Source: Candidatus Gottesmanbacteria bacterium (GTDB lineage: Bacteria > Patescibacteriota > Microgenomatia > JAMCYU01). Taken from it: a DNA stretch of 64,000 nt. Position numbers and translations under genes: made by a program. Location of the stretch: positions 194,683 to 258,682 of the forward strand of contig JAZDMI010000021.1 of NCBI GenBank assembly GCA_043801155.1, read 5' to 3'. Under the pieces are notes generated by a model. That model was not told the DNA's origin and ran no database searches. It saw nothing but the letters and a program-made list of their open reading frames with translations. Below are positions 18,534 to 26,989 of the stretch, piece by piece (position 1 is the stretch's first letter; every line of letters begins with the position of its first letter).

Positions 18534-20232
18534 AAAGCTATTACCATTAATATTGATTATTATTTTAAGCTGGTGGGCAATAAATAGTCTTTTCCATACT
18601 GGTTTTTTCCCAATGCACGACGATGAGCAGATCGCCAGACTTTATGAGCTTCATCAGACGCTAATTAATGGTCAATTTCCTCCCCGGTGGATATCTAATT
18701 TGGGTTTTGGTTTTGGATATCCATTCTATAATTTTTATCCACCATTAGTTTATTATTTTGGCGAAGTTTTTCATCTGATCGGAATCAATCTTATCCTATC
18801 GACGAAACTAGTAATAATTTTAGGGACGTTATTATCAGGTATCTTTATTTATTTATTAGCTAAAGAATTTTTTGGTCGAATTGGAGGAATTATTGCGGCA
18901 ATATTTTATATTTATACCCCCTATCATGCTTTAGATTTATACGTTAGGGGAGCTTTGGCAGAATTTTTCTCTGGTGTCTTTATCCCGGCATGCCTTTGGT
19001 CAACGGTCAGGCTTATTCGTACCAAGGATATAAAATGGCTTATTATTAATAGTGTATTTTTATCATGTTTAGTATTAAGTCATAATTTAATCGCGATTGC
19101 GTTTATACCATTTTATTTATTATGGATAGTATTTTTTCTTTTTAAAGAACAAAAAAGAAAAAGATCAACTTATCTATTATTAGGGTCGATTATTTTAGCT
19201 TTTGGTTTAAGTGCCTATTTTGCGTTGCCAGCAATTATCGAGAAGAAATATACCTTGGTAGATACGATATTAACCGGAGAGCTAGCCTCATATAAACTTC
19301 ATTTTGTTTATCTTCGGCAATTTTGGAATTCGCCATGGGGTTATGGTGGCTCAATATACGGTCTTCATGACGGTATGTCTTTTGAGGTTGGCAAGATTCA
19401 TTTAATTTTAGCTATCCTAGGAGGGATACTGGGTTTTTACCATATCTTTAAAAAAGAAAAAACTGGTTTACAATTTACCTTTTTCTTTATATTATTTTTA
19501 CTTTCATTATTCATGGCTAGTTTTCACTCTGATTTTATCTGGAGCAAAATTCAACCATTATGGTATTTACAATTTCCCTGGCGTTTTTTAATATTTGCAT
19601 CCATTTTTGCCTCTTTATTGGCTGGTCGAATAATTGATTATTTTATGAGGATTACCAGAATTCATAGAGGAATCAAATGGAGCTTGGTAATTATAGTTAT
19701 TGTCACCGTCATTATCCTTAACAAAGATTATTTTCAGCCAGCCCGCTATTTAGAAGTCAGTGACAGAAATTACACCTCTAAAGAAGATTTGCAATGGCGG
19801 GTAAGCAAGATGTCATTTGAATACGTCCCCAAGGGAGTAAGGACTGTATATTCTGATATCGGGACAACCCAGATAGACATTACTAAGGCAGAATTACCGG
19901 AAAAATCCTTTAAATCTTCAGCTGTGGCAACGATTATTGAAATAGTAAACAAACCGCATTTTAAAAAATATCAAGTTTCCGGGAGTGGCACAATTCTAAC
20001 AATTAATACCTATAATTTCCCGGGTTGGGAAGTTACCCTTGACGATCAAAAAGTTGACATTAATGATAACAATAAATTTAAATTGATCACGATTAAGGTC
20101 CCCAAGGGCGAGCATATGGTTATTGCCCAATTTAACAATACCCCAATAAGAACGATAGGAAATTCTATAACATTATCTAGTATAATTTTATTGATATTAT
20201 TAATAATATGGAGAAAAAACAAAAAGTTTTAA
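18526..20232 (+). CDS. 'PTPS-related' membrane protein, predicted GT-C (group D)
   Basis: MHDD, GQFPPRW..GFGYP.YNFYPP, RGALAE, SHN, QFPWRF, EYVP, NFPGW. Confidence 0.72.
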   Translation: MIKKLLPLILIIILSWWAINSLFHTGFFPMHDDEQIARLYELHQTLINGQFPPRWISNLGFGFGYPFYNFYPPLVYYFGEVFHLIGINLILSTKLVIILGTLLSGIFIYLLAKEFFGRIGGIIAAIFYIYTPYHALDLYVRGALAEFFSGVFIPACLWSTVRLIRTKDIKWLIINSVFLSCLVLSHNLIAIAFIPFYLLWIVFFLFKEQKRKRSTYLLLGSIILAFGLSAYFALPAIIEKKYTLVDTILTGELASYKLHFVYLRQFWNSPWGYGGSIYGLHDGMSFEVGKIHLILAILGGILGFYHIFKKEKTGLQFTFFFILFLLSLFMASFHSDFIWSKIQPLWYLQFPWRFLIFASIFASLLAGRIIDYFMRITRIHRGIKWSLVIIVIVTVIILNKDYFQPARYLEVSDRNYTSKEDLQWRVSKMSFEYVPKGVRTVYSDIGTTQIDITKAELPEKSFKSSAVATIIEIVNKPHFKKYQVSGSGTILTINTYNFPGWEVTLDDQKVDINDNNKFKLITIKVPKGEHMVIAQFNNTPIRTIGNSITLSSIILLILLIIWRKNKKF

Positions 20233-20930
20233 TTGTTATTCCTGTATTTAATGAAGAGAAAGATCTTCTCGAGTGTATTCAACGTCTAAAAAAGGTATTA
20301 GAAATTATTGATACCGTAACCTGGCAAATTGTTATTGCTGATAATGCCTCCAATGACAATACCCCTGATATTGCAAGGTTAATATCCAAAGATGATACAA
20401 GACTAATTTATCTGCGCCTGGAACAAAAGGGACGTGGCCGGGCAATAAAAAAAGCCTGGACACAATTTCCTTCAGATATATATGTATATATGGATGTAGA
20501 TTTATCAACCGATCTTAAACATCTTCCAGCCCTTATTAAAGCGATCGATAAATATGATATTGCTATAGGTTCTAGGCTCCATCTTGGGTCAAAAGTTGTC
20601 GGTAGATCACTAAAGCGGGAGATTATATCCCGCACTTATAATATATTAATCGGGCTTATGTTCTTAACTCATTTTTCCGACGCTCAATGCGGCTTCAAAG
20701 CTGTCAATGATAATATTGTCAAGAATTTATTACCAAAAATCATCGATAACGATTGGTTTTTTGACAGTGAACTCCTGATCGTTGGCGAAAAAAGTGGTTA
20801 TAAAATTTATGAAGAACCGGTTTTTTGGGTTGATAATCCGGGCTCAACAGTACGGGTATTAAAGACAATCACCGGCGATCTACGAGGATTGCTACGACTC
20901 TTCATTTCTAGGCCTTGGAATAAGGAGTAA
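20208..20930 (+). CDS. GT2, polyprenyl-phosphate glycosyltransferase (DPG-synthase-like)
   Basis: IPVFNEE, ADNASND, KGRG, MDVDLSTD, GSR, DAQCGFKA, WFFDSELL. Confidence 0.85.
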   Translation: MEKKQKVLIVIPVFNEEKDLLECIQRLKKVLEIIDTVTWQIVIADNASNDNTPDIARLISKDDTRLIYLRLEQKGRGRAIKKAWTQFPSDIYVYMDVDLSTDLKHLPALIKAIDKYDIAIGSRLHLGSKVVGRSLKREIISRTYNILIGLMFLTHFSDAQCGFKAVNDNIVKNLLPKIIDNDWFFDSELLIVGEKSGYKIYEEPVFWVDNPGSTVRVLKTITGDLRGLLRLFISRPWNKE

Positions 20931-20942
20931 ATATATCTTTGT

Positions 20943-20971
20943 TTGGAGATAAAATCGCTACCTGTTATAAT
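20943..20971 (+). promoter_or_regulatory. Extended -10 promoter, probably leaderless, for the flippase
   Basis: TTGGAG (20943-20948), 17 nt, TATAAT (20966-20971) preceded by TGn, 7 nt, ATG 20979. Confidence 0.6.
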
Positions 20972-20978
20972 TTATGTT

Positions 20979-22430
20979 ATGGACGAAATCGGGATTGAGG
21001 AAGTTAAAAAGCGTGCCGTTAAGGGAATTCTTGCTTTAACATCTCGGACTTTCATTCTGCAACTGATATCGTTTTTAACTACCTTCCTATTAACTATTTT
21101 TTTAGCACCATCTATTTTCGGTGTTTTCTTCGTGGTTTCAGCCGTCATATCTTTTTTAGGTTACTTTTCCGATATCGGACTAGCGGCAGCATTAGTTCAG
21201 AAGCAAGAACCAGTAAGCGATGATGATTTAAAGACTACCTTTACCATCCAGCAAATCCTTGTTGGTATAGTTGTTATTGTTGCCCTTGTATTATCTAGGC
21301 CTTTTAGTCTATTTTATAATTTAGATTCAACAGGCCTATGGTTATTTAGAGCTCTAGTTATATCTTTTTTCTTATCTTCATTAAAAACTATACCCTCCGT
21401 TTTGTTAGAGAGGCGATTAGACTTTAATCGTTTAGTCATTCCCCAGATAATAGAAACAGCTCTTTTTGGTTTTGTGGCTGTTGTATTAGCCATGAAGGGT
21501 TTTGGAATTATGTCCTTTACTTGGGCTGTATTAGTGAGGGGGACTAGCGGTTTAATTGCCATCTATATTTTATCACCTTGGTCTATTGGATTTGGTTTCT
21601 CTAGAGGCACTGCCAATAAGCTTCTTTCTTTTGGTATTCCGTTTCAGGTAAATTCATTATTGGCTTTAATTAAAGATGACTTGTTTACGATATTTTTAGG
21701 TAAGATCTTACCCTTTGCCCAGGTAGGTTACATTGGTTGGGCTAAAAAATGGGCGGAGTTTCCACTAAGACTGGTAATGGATAATGTCATCCGGGTAACA
21801 TTTCCAGCGTACGCACGATTGCAAAAATCTCCAACTGATCTTTCTAAAGCATTAGAGAAATCAATATTTTTCTTAGCCTTTTTGATTTTACCAATAAGTG
21901 TCGCCTTAATTTTTTTGATAAAACCATTAGTTTCTATAATCCCCAGGTATAGTAAATGGGATCCGGCGCTTTTTTCCTTTTATCTTTTTGTTATTACTGG
22001 CATTTTTGCCGGTCTATCGACACCATTAACTAATATCTTAAATGCAATCGGGAAAATTAAAATTACCCTTTGGTTAATGGTGATGTGGACGATACTGACA
22101 TGGATTATTTCACCTTTGTTAGTTTTTAAATTCGGATTTAATGGCGTAGCCATGGGAGGATTATTAATCGGAACAACTGTTTTTGTTCCAATAATAGCGA
22201 CCAAGAGATTTATAAGTTTTAATATCTTTAGCCAAATAATTTCTCCATTGATGGCATCATTGGTATTAGCCTTTTTCTTATATTTTGCAGGTTCTTCTGT
22301 TAAATCAATATTTTCTTTAATTACTATAGCTTTAATCGGTAGTCTGATCTACTTAATTTTTATTTATATCTTTACTAAGGGTAAAATATTGAAGGAGGTA
22401 AAAAAATTATGGCAAAACTCTCGGTCGTAA
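20979..22430 (+). CDS. Wzx/MOP-superfamily oligosaccharide flippase
   Basis: LAPSIFG, DIGLAAALVQ, LLERRLDF, VGYIGWA, VTFPAYARLQ, about 12-14 TM segments. ATG 20979 preferred over the track's TTG 20943. Confidence 0.85.
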   Translation: MDEIGIEEVKKRAVKGILALTSRTFILQLISFLTTFLLTIFLAPSIFGVFFVVSAVISFLGYFSDIGLAAALVQKQEPVSDDDLKTTFTIQQILVGIVVIVALVLSRPFSLFYNLDSTGLWLFRALVISFFLSSLKTIPSVLLERRLDFNRLVIPQIIETALFGFVAVVLAMKGFGIMSFTWAVLVRGTSGLIAIYILSPWSIGFGFSRGTANKLLSFGIPFQVNSLLALIKDDLFTIFLGKILPFAQVGYIGWAKKWAEFPLRLVMDNVIRVTFPAYARLQKSPTDLSKALEKSIFFLAFLILPISVALIFLIKPLVSIIPRYSKWDPALFSFYLFVITGIFAGLSTPLTNILNAIGKIKITLWLMVMWTILTWIISPLLVFKFGFNGVAMGGLLIGTTVFVPIIATKRFISFNIFSQIISPLMASLVLAFFLYFAGSSVKSIFSLITIALIGSLIYLIFIYIFTKGKILKEVKKLWQNSRS

Positions 22431-23314
22431 TATCAGCCTTTAATGAAGAAAGAAATATCATTGATTGTCTTGTGTCGGTCCACGGCTTAGCCGACGAAAT
22501 TATCTTAGTTGATAATACGTCAACTGATAAAACAGTAGAGATAGCCAAAGAGTTCCAGGCAAAAATCTACAGTCAACCCAATAAACCGATGCTTAATATT
22601 AATAAAAATTATGGTTTTTCCAAAGCAACCGGTGACTGGATATTGAATTTAGACGCTGATGAAAGAATTACTCCCCAATTAAGGGAAGAAATTCTGACGA
22701 TACTTCATTCACCGAGTTCCGATATTAACGGCTATTGGATTCCACGGAAAAATATTATTTTCGGAAAATGGATTCAGCATTCTCTTTGGTGGCCGGATGA
22801 ACAACTGCGACTCTTTAAGAACGGTAAAGGTAAATTTCCCGAGCAGCATGTTCATGAATATATTCAGGTTGATGGTAAGACCGGCCACTTAAAAAATCCA
22901 ATGGACCACCAAAACTATTCTTCGGTCTCACAGTGGCTATATAAGATGGATAATATTTATAGTAATAATGAGGTGGAGAATTTTCTGACATCTAAAAAAG
23001 AGCTGCATTGGACAGACGCACTAAAATGGCCGGTTAGTGATTTTTTAAAAACATATTTTTCTCAGCAAGGATACAAAGATGGATTACATGGTTTGGTTCT
23101 AAGTATGTTGCAGGCTTTTTATATGGAAATCGTTTTTGCCAAGATTTGGGAAAGACAAGGTTTCAAAAAGGAAGAACCAGATAAGAATATGATTGCCGGG
23201 GAGATCATCAGCTTACATAAAGATATGAATTATTGGTTAAGAACGATGGAATTAGAGAATTCAAAAGGTTTTAAGCGATTAATATTGCGAATTCTTCGTA
23301 AAATTAGAATTTAA
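22409..23314 (+). CDS. GT2, WaaE/KdtX-like beta-glycosyltransferase
   Basis: LSVVISAFNEE, DEIILVD..STD.T, LDADE, YWIPRKN, LRLF, VHE, G.KDGLHG. SD AAGGAGG upstream. Confidence 0.85.
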   Translation: MAKLSVVISAFNEERNIIDCLVSVHGLADEIILVDNTSTDKTVEIAKEFQAKIYSQPNKPMLNINKNYGFSKATGDWILNLDADERITPQLREEILTILHSPSSDINGYWIPRKNIIFGKWIQHSLWWPDEQLRLFKNGKGKFPEQHVHEYIQVDGKTGHLKNPMDHQNYSSVSQWLYKMDNIYSNNEVENFLTSKKELHWTDALKWPVSDFLKTYFSQQGYKDGLHGLVLSMLQAFYMEIVFAKIWERQGFKKEEPDKNMIAGEIISLHKDMNYWLRTMELENSKGFKRLILRILRKIRI

Positions 23315-23315
23315 T

Positions 23316-24233
23316 ATGCCCAAAGTATTTATTATTATTCTTAATTGGAATGGGAAGAAAGATACCATCGAGTGTCTAGAATCCATAAAAAACATGGAAC
23401 ATGAAACATGGAACATGAAACCTGTTGTGGTAGACAATGGCTCGGCAGATGGATCGGTAAACGAAATTGAGAAATTGAGAAATTTAGAATTGAAGGATTT
23501 AAAAATAATTGCCAATAAGACTAATTTAGGTTTTGCAGAAGGAAATAATGTTGGAATAAGATATGCATTGGAAAATGGAGCAGATTATATTTTATTTCTA
23601 AATAACGATACGATTGTAGATCAGAATTTGGTAAAACAGTTGCTAAAGGTAATGGAAGAAAATCCGAGCGTTGGCATAGCCGGACCTAAAATTTATTTTG
23701 CTTCTGGTTTTGAATTTCATCATGATCGTTATCGAGAAGAGGACAGGGGAAAAGTTATTTGGTACGCCGGAGGAATAATTGACTGGATGAATGTTTACGC
23801 CAGCCATCGGGGAGTCGACGAAGTTGATCACGGTCAATATAATCAGACGATGGAGACTGATTTTGTGAGTGGGTGTGCGATGATAGTTCGATGTGATGTA
23901 TTTAAAAGAATTGGGCTTTTTGATAAAAAGTATTTCCTTTATTGGGAGGATAATGATTTTTGTCAGCGAGCTAAAAAGAAAGGCTTTAAAATCTTTTATT
24001 ATCCACCAGCATTTTTATGGCACAAAAATGCTGCTTCGTCAAACAAACCAGGTTCTAATATCCATCTGTATTATCAAACACGCAATCGTCTTCTTTTTGG
24101 ATTAAAATATGCTCCGTGGAAAAGTAAGCTAGCTCTATTTCGAGAAAGTATAAAATTTCTTTTCGAACATAATATTTGTCAGCAAGCAATAAAAGATTTT
24201 TATCTAGCAAGATTCGGAGCTAAACATTCATAG
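23316..24233 (+). CDS. GT2, WbbL/rhamnosyltransferase-like
   Basis: IILNWNG, VDNGSAD, NLGFAEGNN.G, LNND, SGCAM, FLYWEDND, RN. Confidence 0.85.
   Translation: MPKVFIIILNWNGKKDTIECLESIKNMEHETWNMKPVVVDNGSADGSVNEIEKLRNLELKDLKIIANKTNLGFAEGNNVGIRYALENGADYILFLNNDTIVDQNLVKQLLKVMEENPSVGIAGPKIYFASGFEFHHDRYREEDRGKVIWYAGGIIDWMNVYASHRGVDEVDHGQYNQTMETDFVSGCAMIVRCDVFKRIGLFDKKYFLYWEDNDFCQRAKKKGFKIFYYPPAFLWHKNAASSNKPGSNIHLYYQTRNRLLFGLKYAPWKSKLALFRESIKFLFEHNICQQAIKDFYLARFGAKHS
23391..23421 (+). repeat. Intragenic heptamer array (AACATGR)x4.4
   Basis: AACATGG AACATGA AACATGG AACATGA AAC, encoding NMEHETWNMK. Confidence 0.85.
23463..23502 (+). repeat. Intragenic degenerate octamer array (GAAATTGA)x5
   Basis: GAAATTGA GAAATTGA GAAATTTA GAATTGAA GGATTTAA, encoding EIEKLRNLELKDL. 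Confidence 0.7.
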
Positions 24234-24257
24234 CCACTATAAGAAAGAGGCAATATC

Positions 24258-26222
24258 TTGATCTTTCTTGACAGTATCTTCATAAAATCTTTTCTTACCA
24301 ATACCTTATTTTTCTTCTGGTTTATAGCGGCATCAATTTTAGCTTTTTATATTCCGGCTGATATTGTTCTTGGAAAGAGACTTTCTAGCTTATCTTCGAT
24401 ATTAGAAAAAATATCGATTAGATTATCAATTGGTCTGGTACTTTGGGCTTACCAGACAATTATTTTTGGCTATCTTAAATTAAGATTTCTAAGTTATTTA
24501 TATATTATATTATTCTTAATTATATGGTTTCATAAAAAGTTTTATTTGTCGATTAATATTAAGGAATTTTTTAAATTAAAGACGAATTATCTACTTCTTT
24601 TAGTTTTTATTCTCGGAATATTCGGACAAGTATTGCAATTTTTACCCCTAGGTTTTAAGTTTACTGAAGGTATATACTCAACAGCCTCAGCTAATGATGA
24701 TGCTCTTTGGCATGCTGCTCTGACAACGCAAATTATTAACCGTTATCCACCCTTTGAACCTGGTTTAGCTGGAGTTGAGGTTCACAATTATCATTATTGG
24801 GCAAATATTGTTATGGGGGATTTCATCCGTGTGTTTAAACTACCAATAATGCCAACAATATTTATATATTTTTCACTATTTCTTTCTTTCTTACTAGGTG
24901 GAGTAAGTTATGTTTTGGGTAAGATCTTAAATTTTTCAAAAGTGGGTATCATTATTTTTGTCTATCTCCAGTATTTTTCTTCAGACATAATTTATCTTCT
25001 AATAATGTTTACACGCCATACTTTAGATTTTACAGTTCAGCCTCTTGAGGCCGGAACGATGTTCCTAGAAAATCCTCCACGGGCTTTTTCCATCATTGTT
25101 GCCTTATCAAGCATCGTTCTATTAGTTTCCTGGTTAAGGAAACAGGATAGACGAATTTTAATAGTCTTAATACTTCTATCATCATCAATCATTGGTTTTA
25201 AGGTGAATACAGGCATAATGGTTTTGGGGGGATTTTGTTGCTTGAGTCTATATTATCTTTTCAGAAAGAATTTTAATATTTTGATAATTACCATCAGCAT
25301 AATAATTTTAAGCCTTTTGATATATCTACCGGTTAATCGTAATTCTGGTACCCTTTTTTATGCTCCATTTGAAATGTCGAGAATGTTTGCTGTCCAGCCT
25401 AACATAAACTTAAGCAGATTGGAATTAGCACGCCGAATCTATGAAAGTAATTTTAATTATTTTCAGGCGCGACGGATGGATTTAATGATGTTAACTTTAT
25501 TTTTAATCAGCGAATTCGGCGTCAGAAATTTAGGTTGGTTACCGCTACGAGTTACTCTCATTAGTATAGGTTATCCATTGCTGATATTTCTCTATGGTGG
25601 GATATTCATGGCAATTTTTTTAGGAACATTTTTTTATCAAACGACTGGAGGAGCAAATATTTTTAATTTCTATTTAGCAGCTAGTTTATTTTTATCTATT
25701 TTATCTGTACCAATTCTAAGTCAATTAATTCAATCAAAAAAATCATTAATAAAGGCTATCATAATTATTTTATTACTTTTATCAACACAACCCAGATGGA
25801 TTAGTAGTGTTTCATCATATTATGAATCCTTTTTATATGTATATAGGGAAAAAAGAACTGTTCTTGATACCAGCGAATTGGAAGCATTAAATTTTATCAA
25901 TAAGAATACAGAGAAAAACTCAATAATTATGGTTGTCAGTCAGGGTTTACATCCGGCAGTTTTTACTCAAAGGAACCTTTTTCTTGCCGGCAAAGGGATA
26001 CTGGAGAGCCATGTAGTTCCTTTTAAATCCCGTGAAGAAGTCGTGGAGATAGTTTTATTTAGTCCAAGTGCTAAAATAGTTAAAGAGACATTAAAAAATA
26101 ACCAGATTGATTATTTATTATTTAATACTGGTCAACCATCGATACCGGCTGGATTTGAGAACGTTTCATTAAAAAAGGTATTCCAAAATAAACAGAATAC
26201 GGTTTTTAAATTTTCAAATTGA
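24258..26222 (+). CDS. Large polytopic membrane protein, possibly a divergent GT-C
   Basis: 654 aa, many TM segments, loop motif NDDALWH...PPFEPGLAG..V.NYHY, soluble C-terminal domain (ALNFINKNT...IDYL). TTG start uncertain. Confidence 0.5.
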   Translation: MIFLDSIFIKSFLTNTLFFFWFIAASILAFYIPADIVLGKRLSSLSSILEKISIRLSIGLVLWAYQTIIFGYLKLRFLSYLYIILFLIIWFHKKFYLSINIKEFFKLKTNYLLLLVFILGIFGQVLQFLPLGFKFTEGIYSTASANDDALWHAALTTQIINRYPPFEPGLAGVEVHNYHYWANIVMGDFIRVFKLPIMPTIFIYFSLFLSFLLGGVSYVLGKILNFSKVGIIIFVYLQYFSSDIIYLLIMFTRHTLDFTVQPLEAGTMFLENPPRAFSIIVALSSIVLLVSWLRKQDRRILIVLILLSSSIIGFKVNTGIMVLGGFCCLSLYYLFRKNFNILIITISIIILSLLIYLPVNRNSGTLFYAPFEMSRMFAVQPNINLSRLELARRIYESNFNYFQARRMDLMMLTLFLISEFGVRNLGWLPLRVTLISIGYPLLIFLYGGIFMAIFLGTFFYQTTGGANIFNFYLAASLFLSILSVPILSQLIQSKKSLIKAIIIILLLLSTQPRWISSVSSYYESFLYVYREKRTVLDTSELEALNFINKNTEKNSIIMVVSQGLHPAVFTQRNLFLAGKGILESHVVPFKSREEVVEIVLFSPSAKIVKETLKNNQIDYLLFNTGQPSIPAGFENVSLKKVFQNKQNTVFKFSN

Positions 26223-26989
26223 AAGATGATATGATTTCGGTAATTATTATCGCTAAAAACGAAGAAAATAATATTGCGCAATGTTTAAAATCAGTATCAT
26301 TTGCCGACGAAAAAATAGTTATTGATTCAGGATCGTCAGATAATACAGCTAATATTGCTGGACATTTCGGAGCAAAAGTTTTTGTTCATGATTTCAAAGA
26401 CTTTTCTAACCAGAGAAATTTTGCCCTTTCGAAGTCTTCGGGAGACTGGATATTGTATATTGATGCCGATGAGCGTGTGACCGATAATCTTCGTGACGAA
26501 ATGATGAAAATAATTTCTTCCGCGCAATCCGATAGTGCATATAATATTCCTAGACAAAATATTCGTCTTGGCGGTCATATAATGCATTTTGGTGGTTGGT
26601 GGCCTGATTATGTCACCCGCTTATTTAAAAGAAGTGAATTAAAGAATTGGTACGGTGAAGTTCATGAAAGTCCGAATATCAACGGATCAGTAGGTCGATT
26701 AGCTAACCCCTTACTGCATTACGGTCGTGATCTTAATCGAATCGTTGAAAAAACAATCGAGTGGTCCGCTGTAGAAGCAAGATTATTGTATAAGGCGAAT
26801 CACCCACCGGTTGCTTGGTGGCGATTATTAAAAATTAGCCTTGATGAATTTTTTCGTCGTTATATTATCCTTCAGGGATTTCGTGATGGTACACCCGGCT
26901 TGATAGAGGCAATCTACCAGTCGTTTAGCCGATTTATAACATATGCCAGATTATGGGAGCTTCAACAAAATAATGAGATTAAAACATGA
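26219..26989 (+). CDS. GT2, WaaE/KdtX-like
   Basis: ISVIIIAKNEE, IDSGSSD, IDADE, GGWWPD..RLF, VHE, GFRDG..G. Start is TTG 26219 or ATG 26231. Confidence 0.85.
   Translation: MKDDMISVIIIAKNEENNIAQCLKSVSFADEKIVIDSGSSDNTANIAGHFGAKVFVHDFKDFSNQRNFALSKSSGDWILYIDADERVTDNLRDEMMKIISSAQSDSAYNIPRQNIRLGGHIMHFGGWWPDYVTRLFKRSELKNWYGEVHESPNINGSVGRLANPLLHYGRDLNRIVEKTIEWSAVEARLLYKANHPPVAWWRLLKISLDEFFRRYIILQGFRDGTPGLIEAIYQSFSRFITYARLWELQQNNEIKT

Noticed and set aside
23391-23502. CRISPR array
   Set aside because: The units are 7-8 nt with no spacers, lie inside a CDS, and there are no cas genes.
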